A DNA stretch of 35,714 nucleotides, taken from positions 1-35,714 of the IMG/VR virus record IMGVR_UViG_3300044557_000432. One strand, 5' to 3'. Both the position numbers and the translations under genes were made by a program. The DNA comes from a virus. This document shows, one piece after another, positions 17,935 through 26,557 of this stretch. Numbering within the stretch: the first letter of the stretch is position 1; each line of letters opens with the position of its first letter. Below the pieces are notes generated by a model. It did not search any database, was not told the origin of the DNA, and worked only from the letters and a program-made list of their open reading frames with translations.

Positions 17935-20900
17935 ATGGTGGACATCGTCGGCTCGGCCGGACTGAGCATCTTCCCCGTCATGAAGGGTTTCAAGGGTGCA
18001 GTCTCGAAGGAAGCGAAAGCCGCAGGCAAGTCCAGCGCCTCCTCCGTCTCCGCCGGATTCTCCGGCAAATCCGTGGGCTCCAAACTCGGCAAGGACATGG
18101 CGGCAGGCTTCAAATCCTCCAGCTCGGGCCTCGCCGACAGCGGGCTTGGAAGACTGAAGACTGATGTGGCGGCCGCATCGAACGCGTTATCGAAGGCGCG
18201 CTTGAAGCAGGCCGACACCGCAGGACAGGTGCGAGTAGCAGAGACCAAGCTAGCCGAAGCGGTTGCTAAGCATGGTGCCGGCTCAAGCCAAGCCGTTGCA
18301 GCCGAGGAACGGCTCGCCTCCGCGCGCCGGAGAAACGAAGTCGCAGTCCAAGCAGTGACGACCGCCACAGGAAAGCTCACCACGGCCCAGCAGAATCTGC
18401 GCATGGTGGAAGATCAGGCCGCTGCGGCATCAGCGAAATCCGTGAGCGGATTCACCACCATGGCGTCCAGTTTCAAGGCCGGATTCCAGAGCATCTCGCG
18501 TGGCCAATCGAGCTTCACGGGACTCTCCGGAGCACTTGGCTCCCTGACTCGCAGTCTGCTGCCTGTCACCACAGTCAGCAATCTCGTAGGAAAAGCCGTC
18601 TCCACCATCGGCCCCATCGTGGGCAAGGTCGGTGGCAGCATCAAATCGGGGCTCTCCACAGCCGCCACCGCAACCGCTGGATTCGCCACCAAGGTCGGAT
18701 CCAACATCGTCAAGCCGTTCCAAAGCGTGGGCGGCAAAATCTCCAATCTTCTTTCTCCCATAGCCTCCAAGGTGGGACCGAAGCTCGCTCCCATCGGCAC
18801 CGCTGCCAAAACGGTTTTCGACAAGCTCCCCGGATTCGCCAAGAACGCCGCCTCCTCAGCCGAATCCGCCCTCTCATCGATGGCGGAGCACGTTAAATCG
18901 GGATTCTCCAGCATCGGCTCGGGCATCAAAGGCCTCGCGACCGCCGGAGTGGGTGCCGCCATCGCTGGCATCACCGCGCTCGGCCCCGCTTTCCTTTCGA
19001 CGTCGAAGGCCGCTCTTTCCGCCTATTCGACCTATGAGCAGGCCGTCGGTGGCGTCGATACGCTCTTCAAATCCGCCTCCGCTCAGGTGCAGGGGTATGC
19101 GAAAAACGCTTATGCTTCGGCCGGAGTGAGCGCCAACGACTACATGTCGCAGGTGACCAGCTTCTCGGCGAGCATGATCAGCTCCCTGGGCGGCGACACC
19201 GCCAAGGCCGCGAAGCTGAGCAATCAGGCCATCGTCGACATGTCGGACAACGCCAACAAGATGGGCACCGATCTGTCGAGCGTGCAGGAGACGTATCAGA
19301 GTCTGGCGCGCGGCAACTACCAGATGCTCGATAACCTCAAGCTCGGTTATGGAGGCACCAAGACCGAGATGCAGCGGCTCCTCAAGGACGCCGAGAAGCT
19401 CACCGGCGTCAAATACGACATCAGCAACTTCGCAGACGTCACGCAGGCGATTCACGCGGTGCAGGGCGAGCTGGGCATCACCGGGACCACCGCGAAGGAA
19501 GCCAGCTCCACCATCGAGGGCTCCGTCGCAAGTATGAAGGCGTCTTGGTCGAATTGGCTCACCGAGCTCGGTAAATCCGATGCCGACATGAGCGGATTGA
19601 CCACCCAGCTGGTCGGCAGCATCGGCACCGCATTGAAGAACGTTCTCCCTCGAATCGGAGTCATCGCCAAGTCCGTCGTCTCGGCGCTTCCGAGCCTCTT
19701 CGGCCAATTGGTGACATTGCTGCCAGCACCTTTCCAGAAGGCCTTCGACGCCATCGGGCGTGTGGTCAGCGGAATGAAGGGCATCTTCGCTCCTCTGGCT
19801 GCGGTCCTCGGAGTGCTCGGAGCAAGCGGACTGGGACCATTGCTCACCAAGCTTCCCGTCGTGGGAAAGCTTTTGGGCAGCGTCGCCGGATCCTCCACCC
19901 TGCTCGGCAAGGCCCTCGGAGTGCTCACCGGACCAGTCGGTATGGTGATAGCCGCCATCGGCGCGCTCATCGCTACGACCCCGAGCCTGCGCGATGCGTT
20001 CGGCAGCGAGATGCAGCTCGTATTCGCTTCCGTGGGTTCTGCGGTGCAGAAGCTGCAGCCGACGTTCCAACTGCTCGTCACCACTTTGAGCGGGGCTTTC
20101 AGCAGGCTCATGCCAGTCATCACCGACACCATCGGTGCTCTCATCCCTGTCATCGGAGCCATCCTCAACGCGGTGACCCCGCTGATTCCAGCTGTGCTGA
20201 ATCCTCTGATGCAGGCGATTCAGGTGCTCATACCACCATTGACGAACATCATCACGGGACTTCTGCCGCCATTGACGAGCCTGATAGTGGGCCTTCTTCC
20301 TGCAATCACGCAGATCATCGGCGTGATAGTGCAGGTGGCGTCGACCATCATTTCGGCGTTGGTGCCCGTCATCACGCAGCTGGCACCGCTGATCACGAGC
20401 GTCATCCAGATGATCGTGCCGGTCATCAACGCTCTCATCCCCGTCATCCTCCAGATAGCCACGATCTTCGCTCAGGTCTTCAGCGCAGTCACGCCGATTC
20501 TGGGAGGCTTGGCATCTCTTGTTGGTGCCGTCGTGGGTCAGATCGTCGGATTCATCTCCTCCGTGATAGTGCCCACGGTCCAGTCGATGATTCCGGTGGT
20601 CACCTCGGTGATCAACACCATCGGTGGAGTCGTCAAATCCATCACGACCGTGGTGGGTGGCGTCGTCAAGGTCATCTCCAGTCTGCTGCGGGGCGACTGG
20701 AGCGGGGTATGGGACGGCGCGAAGCAAATCGTGTCAGGCGCTATCGATGGAATCAAGGGCATCGTGAACGGTGCCGCGTCCATCGGCTCCAACCTCGTGA
20801 AGGGCATCTGGAGCGGCATCAGCAATGTGGCCGGATGGCTCAAGGACAAGATCTTCGGCTTCGCCAAAGGCGTCACCGACTCCATCAAAAGCTTCTTCGG

Positions 20901-21234
20901 CATCCACTCCCCCTCGAAACTGTGGGCCAAGGAAATTGGGCGGTTCCTGCCGCCTGGCATCGCCGTCGGTGTGGAGGGGGCCGCTCCCCAGCTCTACGAC
21001 ACCGTCACGCGAATGGGCCGGAAAGCCACCGACCTCGCCTCGGCTGCCGCATCACGCGTGCAGTCGGCGGTTTCGGCGAGCTTCGGTTCGTCGGATCCGC
21101 AACCCGTGATCGCGGCGACCGGTGGCGCTGGCACCAGCGTCACGATGAACATCACCACGCCGGAAACCGATCCACGTTTGCAGGCGCGCGCGTGGGCTCG
21201 TGAATTCGGCAAGGTAACCGCAGGAGGAAACTGA
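17935..21234 (+). CDS. Tape measure protein
   Basis: 1099 aa, Ala/Gly/Ser-rich with long hydrophobic repeats, GGAGG RBS. Confidence 0.9.
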   Translation: MVDIVGSAGLSIFPVMKGFKGAVSKEAKAAGKSSASSVSAGFSGKSVGSKLGKDMAAGFKSSSSGLADSGLGRLKTDVAAASNALSKARLKQADTAGQVRVAETKLAEAVAKHGAGSSQAVAAEERLASARRRNEVAVQAVTTATGKLTTAQQNLRMVEDQAAAASAKSVSGFTTMASSFKAGFQSISRGQSSFTGLSGALGSLTRSLLPVTTVSNLVGKAVSTIGPIVGKVGGSIKSGLSTAATATAGFATKVGSNIVKPFQSVGGKISNLLSPIASKVGPKLAPIGTAAKTVFDKLPGFAKNAASSAESALSSMAEHVKSGFSSIGSGIKGLATAGVGAAIAGITALGPAFLSTSKAALSAYSTYEQAVGGVDTLFKSASAQVQGYAKNAYASAGVSANDYMSQVTSFSASMISSLGGDTAKAAKLSNQAIVDMSDNANKMGTDLSSVQETYQSLARGNYQMLDNLKLGYGGTKTEMQRLLKDAEKLTGVKYDISNFADVTQAIHAVQGELGITGTTAKEASSTIEGSVASMKASWSNWLTELGKSDADMSGLTTQLVGSIGTALKNVLPRIGVIAKSVVSALPSLFGQLVTLLPAPFQKAFDAIGRVVSGMKGIFAPLAAVLGVLGASGLGPLLTKLPVVGKLLGSVAGSSTLLGKALGVLTGPVGMVIAAIGALIATTPSLRDAFGSEMQLVFASVGSAVQKLQPTFQLLVTTLSGAFSRLMPVITDTIGALIPVIGAILNAVTPLIPAVLNPLMQAIQVLIPPLTNIITGLLPPLTSLIVGLLPAITQIIGVIVQVASTIISALVPVITQLAPLITSVIQMIVPVINALIPVILQIATIFAQVFSAVTPILGGLASLVGAVVGQIVGFISSVIVPTVQSMIPVVTSVINTIGGVVKSITTVVGGVVKVISSLLRGDWSGVWDGAKQIVSGAIDGIKGIVNGAASIGSNLVKGIWSGISNVAGWLKDKIFGFAKGVTDSIKSFFGIHSPSKLWAKEIGRFLPPGIAVGVEGAAPQLYDTVTRMGRKATDLASAAASRVQSAVSASFGSSDPQPVIAATGGAGTSVTMNITTPETDPRLQARAWAREFGKVTAGGN

Positions 21235-22088
21235 TGAACCAGGTCATTCTCGGCGGCATCTCGTTCGATGCCGGCCCCAGCATCACCCGGAGCCGGCATG
21301 GATGGGGTCTGCAGGATCTCACGGACTGGCTCAGCCTCACCTCCACGAAGGCGGAGCTGATGGAACGCCCGCAGGCGCATGGAGCGTTCGATCCGGGCAC
21401 CGATTGGAGAAGCGGTGGGGTGTACACGCTCACGCTCGCCTACATCGGTGATTCGGTCGCCGATCTCGAGGCGGCCATCATGGAGCTGACCTCGCTGGGT
21501 GGAATCGACAGCCTCCTCTCCTGCGATGTGACATTGGGTGGCATCACCACGCACCGCATGGTCGAGATAGCCAGCATCGACGTGCCCAGCCACCATATGC
21601 TCAGCAGATTGAAGAACATTCAGGTGGATCTGAAGGCTCCGGACCCATTCGCCTACGGGGATTCCGTAACGGTGAGCACGGGTCTTCCCGCTCGTGGCGG
21701 CGGACTCTCTTTCCCGCTCACTTTCCCCGTGAATTTCGGTGCTCCGGGTGTGGAGGGGCGTGTGCGTTTCACGAATTCGGGTACAGCTCCAGCCCCCGTC
21801 ACGATGATGGTGAGCGGCGGCCTCTCCGAAGGCTTCCAATTGAAACGCGTGGAGACCGGGGATCTCATCACTTTCCGCAGACCAGTCGCCCCTACCGACG
21901 TCGTCACCTTGAACACCGCGGACGGAACAGCATTCCTCAATGGCGCGAGCCCCGTGAGCGGTTTCCTCACTGACGACGATTGGTGGCTCATCGGCAAGAA
22001 AGAGACCTGCACCGTGCAATTCACCGCATTGGGTGACGTCACCGGATCACCCTCGTTGAGCATGACGGCTGCACCAGCGTTCTTCTAA
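21234..22088 (+). CDS. Distal tail protein (Dit)
   Basis: 284 aa directly after the tape measure, TGATG overlap. Confidence 0.7.
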   Translation: MNQVILGGISFDAGPSITRSRHGWGLQDLTDWLSLTSTKAELMERPQAHGAFDPGTDWRSGGVYTLTLAYIGDSVADLEAAIMELTSLGGIDSLLSCDVTLGGITTHRMVEIASIDVPSHHMLSRLKNIQVDLKAPDPFAYGDSVTVSTGLPARGGGLSFPLTFPVNFGAPGVEGRVRFTNSGTAPAPVTMMVSGGLSEGFQLKRVETGDLITFRRPVAPTDVVTLNTADGTAFLNGASPVSGFLTDDDWWLIGKKETCTVQFTALGDVTGSPSLSMTAAPAFF

Positions 22089-22098
22089 GGAGCACACA

Positions 22099-23214
22099 TT
22101 GAGAGTCAGAATCTGCGATCTGCTCACAGGCCGCCGAATCCTCGACCTGCCGTTCCTGCAGGCCTCATGGACCGCCGAACTCAACACCGCGGAAACATTG
22201 AGCGCCAAGGTCGACATCAACGACCGCACCATCCAACGCCTCGACCTGTACAACGCCTCATGGCCAGGCAAGACCGCACTCATCATCGAGGACTCCATGG
22301 GAATCACCCGCGGAGGCCCCATCTGGACGCGTGAATACGACCGCGACGCAGGCACCGTCACCCTCAACGCGAAGGGCATGTGGTCATACTTCGACCACAG
22401 GGTGCTCCTCCCACTCATGCAACCAAGCGACAAGCTCACCAACCCCGACGGCACCGCAAACACCCGCTTCGACACCAGCATCACCAACACCAGCTACCAG
22501 AACATCGCCAAACGATGGATCCAACAAGCTCAAACATGGACCGGCGGCAACCTCCCCATCGTCTATGGAGACGACATACCAGGAACCTACGAACGCAACA
22601 TCAAAGGCGCAGAAACAAAACTCATCGGAGACCTCCTCAGCGACCTCACCGACATCGAAAACGGCCCCGACATCGAATTCATCCCCCAACGCACCACCGA
22701 CGGACTCGGATACCAATGGCTCCTCAAAACAGGAAACCCCCGAATAACCGCCCCCACCACACTCACCTTCGACACCAGCACCCCAAAACACCCCATCACC
22801 AACCTCACCATCACCGACGACGCCACCAACCTCGCCACACAAATATGGGAAACCGGAGGAGCCAGCACCGACACCGCCATCATCGAACGCGCCACCTCCC
22901 CCACACTCCTCAACCAGGGCTACCCCTTCTACGAAAAAGTCGAAACCCTCAGCAGCACCGTCACACAAACAACAACCGCGCTCGCTAAAGCCGCGGAGGC
23001 GATCAGGACGAGCCAACGTCCGATGCATTCATGGAGCTTCAGCGTGAGACGCGACAGCATGCAGGGAGCCGAGGTTGGCAGCATGGTCAGCATCAAAACA
23101 CGGCATGACCTCTTCGGCATTCCCGATGGCAGGCATGAGATGCGCATCCTCGGGCTCGAAGGCTCTTCCGACTCCGATTCCATCAAGGTAACGACGGGAG
23201 CGATCTATGGCTGA
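22099..23214 (+). CDS. Tail-associated (Tal-like) baseplate hub / minor tail protein
   Basis: TTG start 6 nt after AAGGAG; 371 aa; position after Dit. Confidence 0.6.
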   Translation: MRVRICDLLTGRRILDLPFLQASWTAELNTAETLSAKVDINDRTIQRLDLYNASWPGKTALIIEDSMGITRGGPIWTREYDRDAGTVTLNAKGMWSYFDHRVLLPLMQPSDKLTNPDGTANTRFDTSITNTSYQNIAKRWIQQAQTWTGGNLPIVYGDDIPGTYERNIKGAETKLIGDLLSDLTDIENGPDIEFIPQRTTDGLGYQWLLKTGNPRITAPTTLTFDTSTPKHPITNLTITDDATNLATQIWETGGASTDTAIIERATSPTLLNQGYPFYEKVETLSSTVTQTTTALAKAAEAIRTSQRPMHSWSFSVRRDSMQGAEVGSMVSIKTRHDLFGIPDGRHEMRILGLEGSSDSDSIKVTTGAIYG

Positions 23215-23899
23215 CCCACGACCGGCGAGCAATGACCTCAGGGACCTGCAGAACCAGCTGCAGCAGATCCGCAAACAACTGAGGAATCTCTCGGCACCCA
23301 CGGACTCCCAGTTCAACAAGGTCGTCCAACAGATGCTGCAGATCATCAACAACATCGACCAGATAGTCGGAGACAGCATCAACCGCACCGCGTACACGAA
23401 AGCGCAGACCGACGCGGCCATCAACAACTACTCAGAACCTAAAATCGGGATTCTGGGAACCGCCAAGGGCGGCACGAACACGCAGAACGGATACAACAAC
23501 CTCTTTTCCACAGGCCCATGGCGCGCCGCCTGGCTCCTCGCCGACGGCACCCTAGGAACCTCGCAGTCGAGCATGAAGGTCAAAACCGACTACCACGAGC
23601 CCGACATCAGTATCGACCAATTGCGCTCTGTCGATTGGCACGGATTCAGATACATCGACGACGTCAATCAGAACAGCGATTCCGCGATACCACGCATCGG
23701 AATGTTCGCCGAGGAGCTCGACGCTGCGGGCCTCGGAGTCTTCGTCGTCTACGACGATTCCACACTCGAACCCATCAGCATCGACTACGCGACATTATCC
23801 GTAGCAGCGCTCCACCTCGCGAAAAACGCACACGACCGCATCGACGAACTCGAAAACCGACTCACCTCACTCGAGAAAAACATGGAGGAAAAACAATGA
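23207..23899 (+). CDS. Tail fibre protein with C-terminal intramolecular chaperone (Peptidase_S74-like) domain
   Basis: SSMKVK (Ser...Lys spacing as in the endosialidase chaperone) then ...FRYIDD...RIGMFAEEL...ISIDYATLSVAALHLAKNAHDRIDELENRLTSLE. Confidence 0.7.
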   Translation: MADPRPASNDLRDLQNQLQQIRKQLRNLSAPTDSQFNKVVQQMLQIINNIDQIVGDSINRTAYTKAQTDAAINNYSEPKIGILGTAKGGTNTQNGYNNLFSTGPWRAAWLLADGTLGTSQSSMKVKTDYHEPDISIDQLRSVDWHGFRYIDDVNQNSDSAIPRIGMFAEELDAAGLGVFVVYDDSTLEPISIDYATLSVAALHLAKNAHDRIDELENRLTSLEKNMEEKQ

Positions 23900-24858
23900 C
23901 ACTACGAAACGGATTCCCAGCCGTCAGCGACGCAGCGGACCAATTCGACATCCGCGCGGCCCTGCGCGCAAACATCGCCCAGGACGCAGACGGAAACATC
24001 AAACAAGGCCTCGCCCCCACCGCGGCAACCCTCAGCGGAGTGGTCACCAGCAGAGACGACATGCAATGCGATATCGCCGCATTCAGCGCGGCAATTGACC
24101 GCCAAGGCCCCGTATTCCTTCACCACGAGGGCACCGACCAGGTCACCATCACCCCAGCCCCAGCAGCGAACTCGCGCATCGACTCCATCTGGGTGAAACA
24201 GCAGGAATCAGCGGCCCCACTCTCCGACTCTACCGACGGACCAATATTCGGAGTCACCGACGGCACACCCAACGCGAACCCCGTGCCCCCGGAAATCCCA
24301 GAGGGGGCCCTGCAACTCGCCACCATCACCATCCCCTCCACCGCGACAAGCACCTCCAGCAGCGGAGTCATCATCACCAACACATACCCCTTCACAGCAT
24401 CCTTGGGCGGGCAAATATATTTCCGCAGCGACACCGAAATGCAGGAATGGACACCAGTCGAAGGTCAGAAAGCCTTCATCCCCACAGGCGACAAAGCCGG
24501 AGAATACGTCGGAAAATCAGAAGTGTGGGATTCCGTATCCCTGACTCCTCCTGTAGCTATTGGTAAATTCGCACATTGTTGGTCACGAAGCGGGGTTACG
24601 ACAGTAACCTACACGGAGGGCTATGGCACTCCGATAATTCATACGACGTCGGGTCAGCTGACACGTGTCGCGACCCTTCCGAAAGGATTCTGTCCGCCTC
24701 ACCAAGTGGTAACCCCCTTCGCACAGAATCCAAGCAGTGGTGCACTAGGAAAACTGATTATCAAAACTGACGGGACAATCAATCTCACACATTCGTATGG
24801 AAACAGTGGCGAGAATTGGTTGAATGCTGACGTGACGATCACCTATGCGTGTGGTTGA
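23896..24858 (+). CDS. Receptor-binding tail protein: constant N-terminus (to about codon 214) plus the currently expressed variable C-terminal cassette A
   Basis: ATGA overlap; carries recombination site 24527-24541 in frame. Confidence 0.8.
   Translation: MTLRNGFPAVSDAADQFDIRAALRANIAQDADGNIKQGLAPTAATLSGVVTSRDDMQCDIAAFSAAIDRQGPVFLHHEGTDQVTITPAPAANSRIDSIWVKQQESAAPLSDSTDGPIFGVTDGTPNANPVPPEIPEGALQLATITIPSTATSTSSSGVIITNTYPFTASLGGQIYFRSDTEMQEWTPVEGQKAFIPTGDKAGEYVGKSEVWDSVSLTPPVAIGKFAHCWSRSGVTTVTYTEGYGTPIIHTTSGQLTRVATLPKGFCPPHQVVTPFAQNPSSGALGKLIIKTDGTINLTHSYGNSGENWLNADVTITYACG
24527..24541 (+). repeat. Recombination site F (GGGATTCCGTATCCC) inside the RBP gene
   Basis: 5-bp inverted arms GGGAT/ATCCC around TCCGT; read as W-D-S-V-S. 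Confidence 0.8.
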
Positions 24859-24914
24859 ATGCAGGAGCGGGACAAGGTTCCGTACACGAATGACCCGATG
24901 CCGCATTAGAGAAG

Positions 24915-25222
24915 CTACTTGGTGTACTCGAAGATTATCCAGACATTGAGGTCATAGCTCGGGTCGCTATCCCCGATACGACTGATGATCTCTGTCTTCG
25001 TCACAGTGACATCCTTATACCAGTATTTATCAGACGGCAGGTAAGGTAATGTCCCGCCGTTGAGGTCAAGAACTGTGGCTTTGACGATGTTCCTCAAAGC
25101 CACACTATGATTGATTCTCCCATCATGAGACAAATGGTTGTATCTCTTCACCTGACGGTAAATGCGACGTCCATCTACCCAGTTGACTCCCGTATCTATC
25201 TCCGCATCCAGCTGATAGCTTT
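24915..25222 (-). CDS. Silent alternative RBP C-terminal cassette B (no start codon of its own)
   Basis: The frame is open from site R1. It reads RVSVTQSYQLDAEIDTGVNWVDGRRIYRQVKRYNH...IFEYTK; the WVDGRRIYR motif is typical of phage RBP head domains. Confidence 0.75.
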
Positions 25223-25239
25223 GGGTTACGGAAACCCTA
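25223..25239 (-). repeat. Recombination site R1 (minus strand TAGGGTTTCCGTAACCC)
   Basis: 17/17 identical to R2, inverted relative to site F. Confidence 0.8.
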
Positions 25240-25496
25240 GGCGCTCTCTCCTACCGCTACCCATTTCGGATAGCGGTCTGCGCCATTAGGCGATGATTCT
25301 GTATTATGCAGCCAGTAAACAAAGCCGGTTGCTGAAACGTTTTGCGCGGCCACGACAAAGACCGGCTCATCCGAGGTGACGAAAACATCCGGAATGGATT
25401 TGAATGGTTTCTCGAATGTCACTTGCGCATGATAGAAGGATCCGCCTGCGATTCCGTTTTTAATGATCGACAGTTTTCCTCGCAATACGGAAGTCC
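25237..25496 (-). CDS. Silent alternative RBP C-terminal cassette C (no start codon of its own)
   Basis: The frame is open from site R2. It reads RVSVTRTSVLRGKLSIIKNG...YPKWVAVGESA; its stop codon overlaps site R1. Confidence 0.7.
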
Positions 25497-25513
25497 GGGT
25501 TACGGAAACCCTA
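25497..25513 (-). repeat. Recombination site R2 (minus strand TAGGGTTTCCGTAACCC)
   Basis: Identical to R1. Confidence 0.8.
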
Positions 25514-25515
25514 CG

Positions 25516-25578
25516 CTACTAGGTCCCTTTTGGGTTCTACTAGTTCCTACCCGCTCCTACTAGACCCCTACTGGTCCC
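25516..25578 (+). repeat. Four phased CTACT(A/G)G repeats between site R2 and the recombinase start
   Basis: CTACTAG at 25516, 25537 and 25557, CTACTGG at 25568; spacings of 21, 20 and 11 bp. Confidence 0.6.
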
Positions 25579-25593
25579 TGAGAAGGGGCGGCG

Positions 25594-26460
25594 ATGATCC
25601 TGGACGACTTCTACTCGGACAAGTTCCTGCCCAATGCTCAAGCCCGTCTGCGTGCCAACACGGTCGACGGGTACGAGCGCAAATACAGGAATCACATTCA
25701 GCCCCGCTTTGGACGGATGGAGCTTGGCGATGTCACGAGCTACATGCTCGAGGAGTGGGTGAACTCCATTCCCACCCCCGGCTCCGCGAGGGGCTGTTGG
25801 GCCGTCATGCGCACGATTCTCCGCAAGGCCGTCAAATGGGGAGATTTGAATACTGACCCGACCGTGCGCGTGGATATTCCGAAGCGGGGCTTGTACCAGC
25901 CCAAAACGCTTTCGGAACTGGAGGTCAAACAGCTCAGAAAAGGCTTTCGGAACCATTTTCTGGAAGCGTACGTCATCGTGTCCGTGGGACTGGGATTGCG
26001 CAGGGGCGAGGCCGTGGGACTCGACTGGGAGGACATTAATCCGCATACGGGAGAGGTGCGGATCCATCGCAGCGTGCAGGTATTGAACGGTATCTCGGTC
26101 GAGTATTCTCCAAAAACCCTGTTGAGCGACCGCAGCGTCTGGCTCACCAACCAAGCCCGGCGCAGGCTCAAGAGAATCCAGCGCAAGGGGAAGCTCTCCG
26201 GCAGGATATGCGGAGAACTCACCGCCAATCAGGTCTCCAGAATCTACGCGGAGCACTGCCATGACAATCATCTGCCGTATGTTCCTCCAACGAATCTGCG
26301 GCACACGTGGGCGACCCTGGCTGTCGAGCGCGGCGTCGACATCGCTGTGGTGAGTAAATGCCTCGGTCATGCGGACATCACCACAACAGCCCGGTACTAC
26401 GTGCGCATCACCGAACGCATGAAGCGCTCCGCGCAACGACGGCGCTTCCTCGCACGCTGA
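25594..26460 (+). CDS. rin: Small tyrosine recombinase dedicated to the tail-fibre inversion system (Rin-like)
   Basis: 288 aa; GLRRGE, LRHTWATLAV and LGHADITTTARYY give the R...HxxR...H...Y catalytic signature; GAGAAGGGG RBS. Confidence 0.8.
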   Translation: MILDDFYSDKFLPNAQARLRANTVDGYERKYRNHIQPRFGRMELGDVTSYMLEEWVNSIPTPGSARGCWAVMRTILRKAVKWGDLNTDPTVRVDIPKRGLYQPKTLSELEVKQLRKGFRNHFLEAYVIVSVGLGLRRGEAVGLDWEDINPHTGEVRIHRSVQVLNGISVEYSPKTLLSDRSVWLTNQARRRLKRIQRKGKLSGRICGELTANQVSRIYAEHCHDNHLPYVPPTNLRHTWATLAVERGVDIAVVSKCLGHADITTTARYYVRITERMKRSAQRRRFLAR

Positions 26461-26490
26461 CTCGTTATCTCCATTCCCGCGTTTGGAAAA

Positions 26491-26532
26491 CCCACACGCA
26501 CACCCACGATTCCATGCCATTCCGCGTGTGGG
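26491..26532 (+). terminator. Hairpin after the recombinase gene
   Basis: CCCACACGC (26491-26499) pairs with GCGTGTGGG (26524-26532), followed by attt. Confidence 0.4.
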
Positions 26533-26557
26533 ATTTCCATCAATCTAGGGAGTCACA

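Noticed and set aside
24594-24609. Perfect palindrome GGTTAC-GACA-GTAACC in cassette A, first taken for the recombination site because it shares GGGTTACG with the + strand of R1 and R2
   Set aside because: The spacing and the core differ from R1 and R2. The site at 24527-24541 matches 13 of 15 positions, shares the TTCCGTA core and keeps the reading phase, so this palindrome is probably incidental.
25107-25563. + strand ORFs 25107-25289 and 25342-25563 across the silent cassettes
   Set aside because: They are antisense to cassette frames that continue in phase from the recombination sites and carry RBP-like motifs. They have no RBS.
26481-26545. Weak rix-like strings downstream of the recombinase (GTTTGGAAAACCCA, GGGATTTCCATCAATC)
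   Set aside because: They match at only about 10 of 15 positions, need an indel and lack the TTCCGTA core. They are better explained as arms of the 26491-26532 hairpin.
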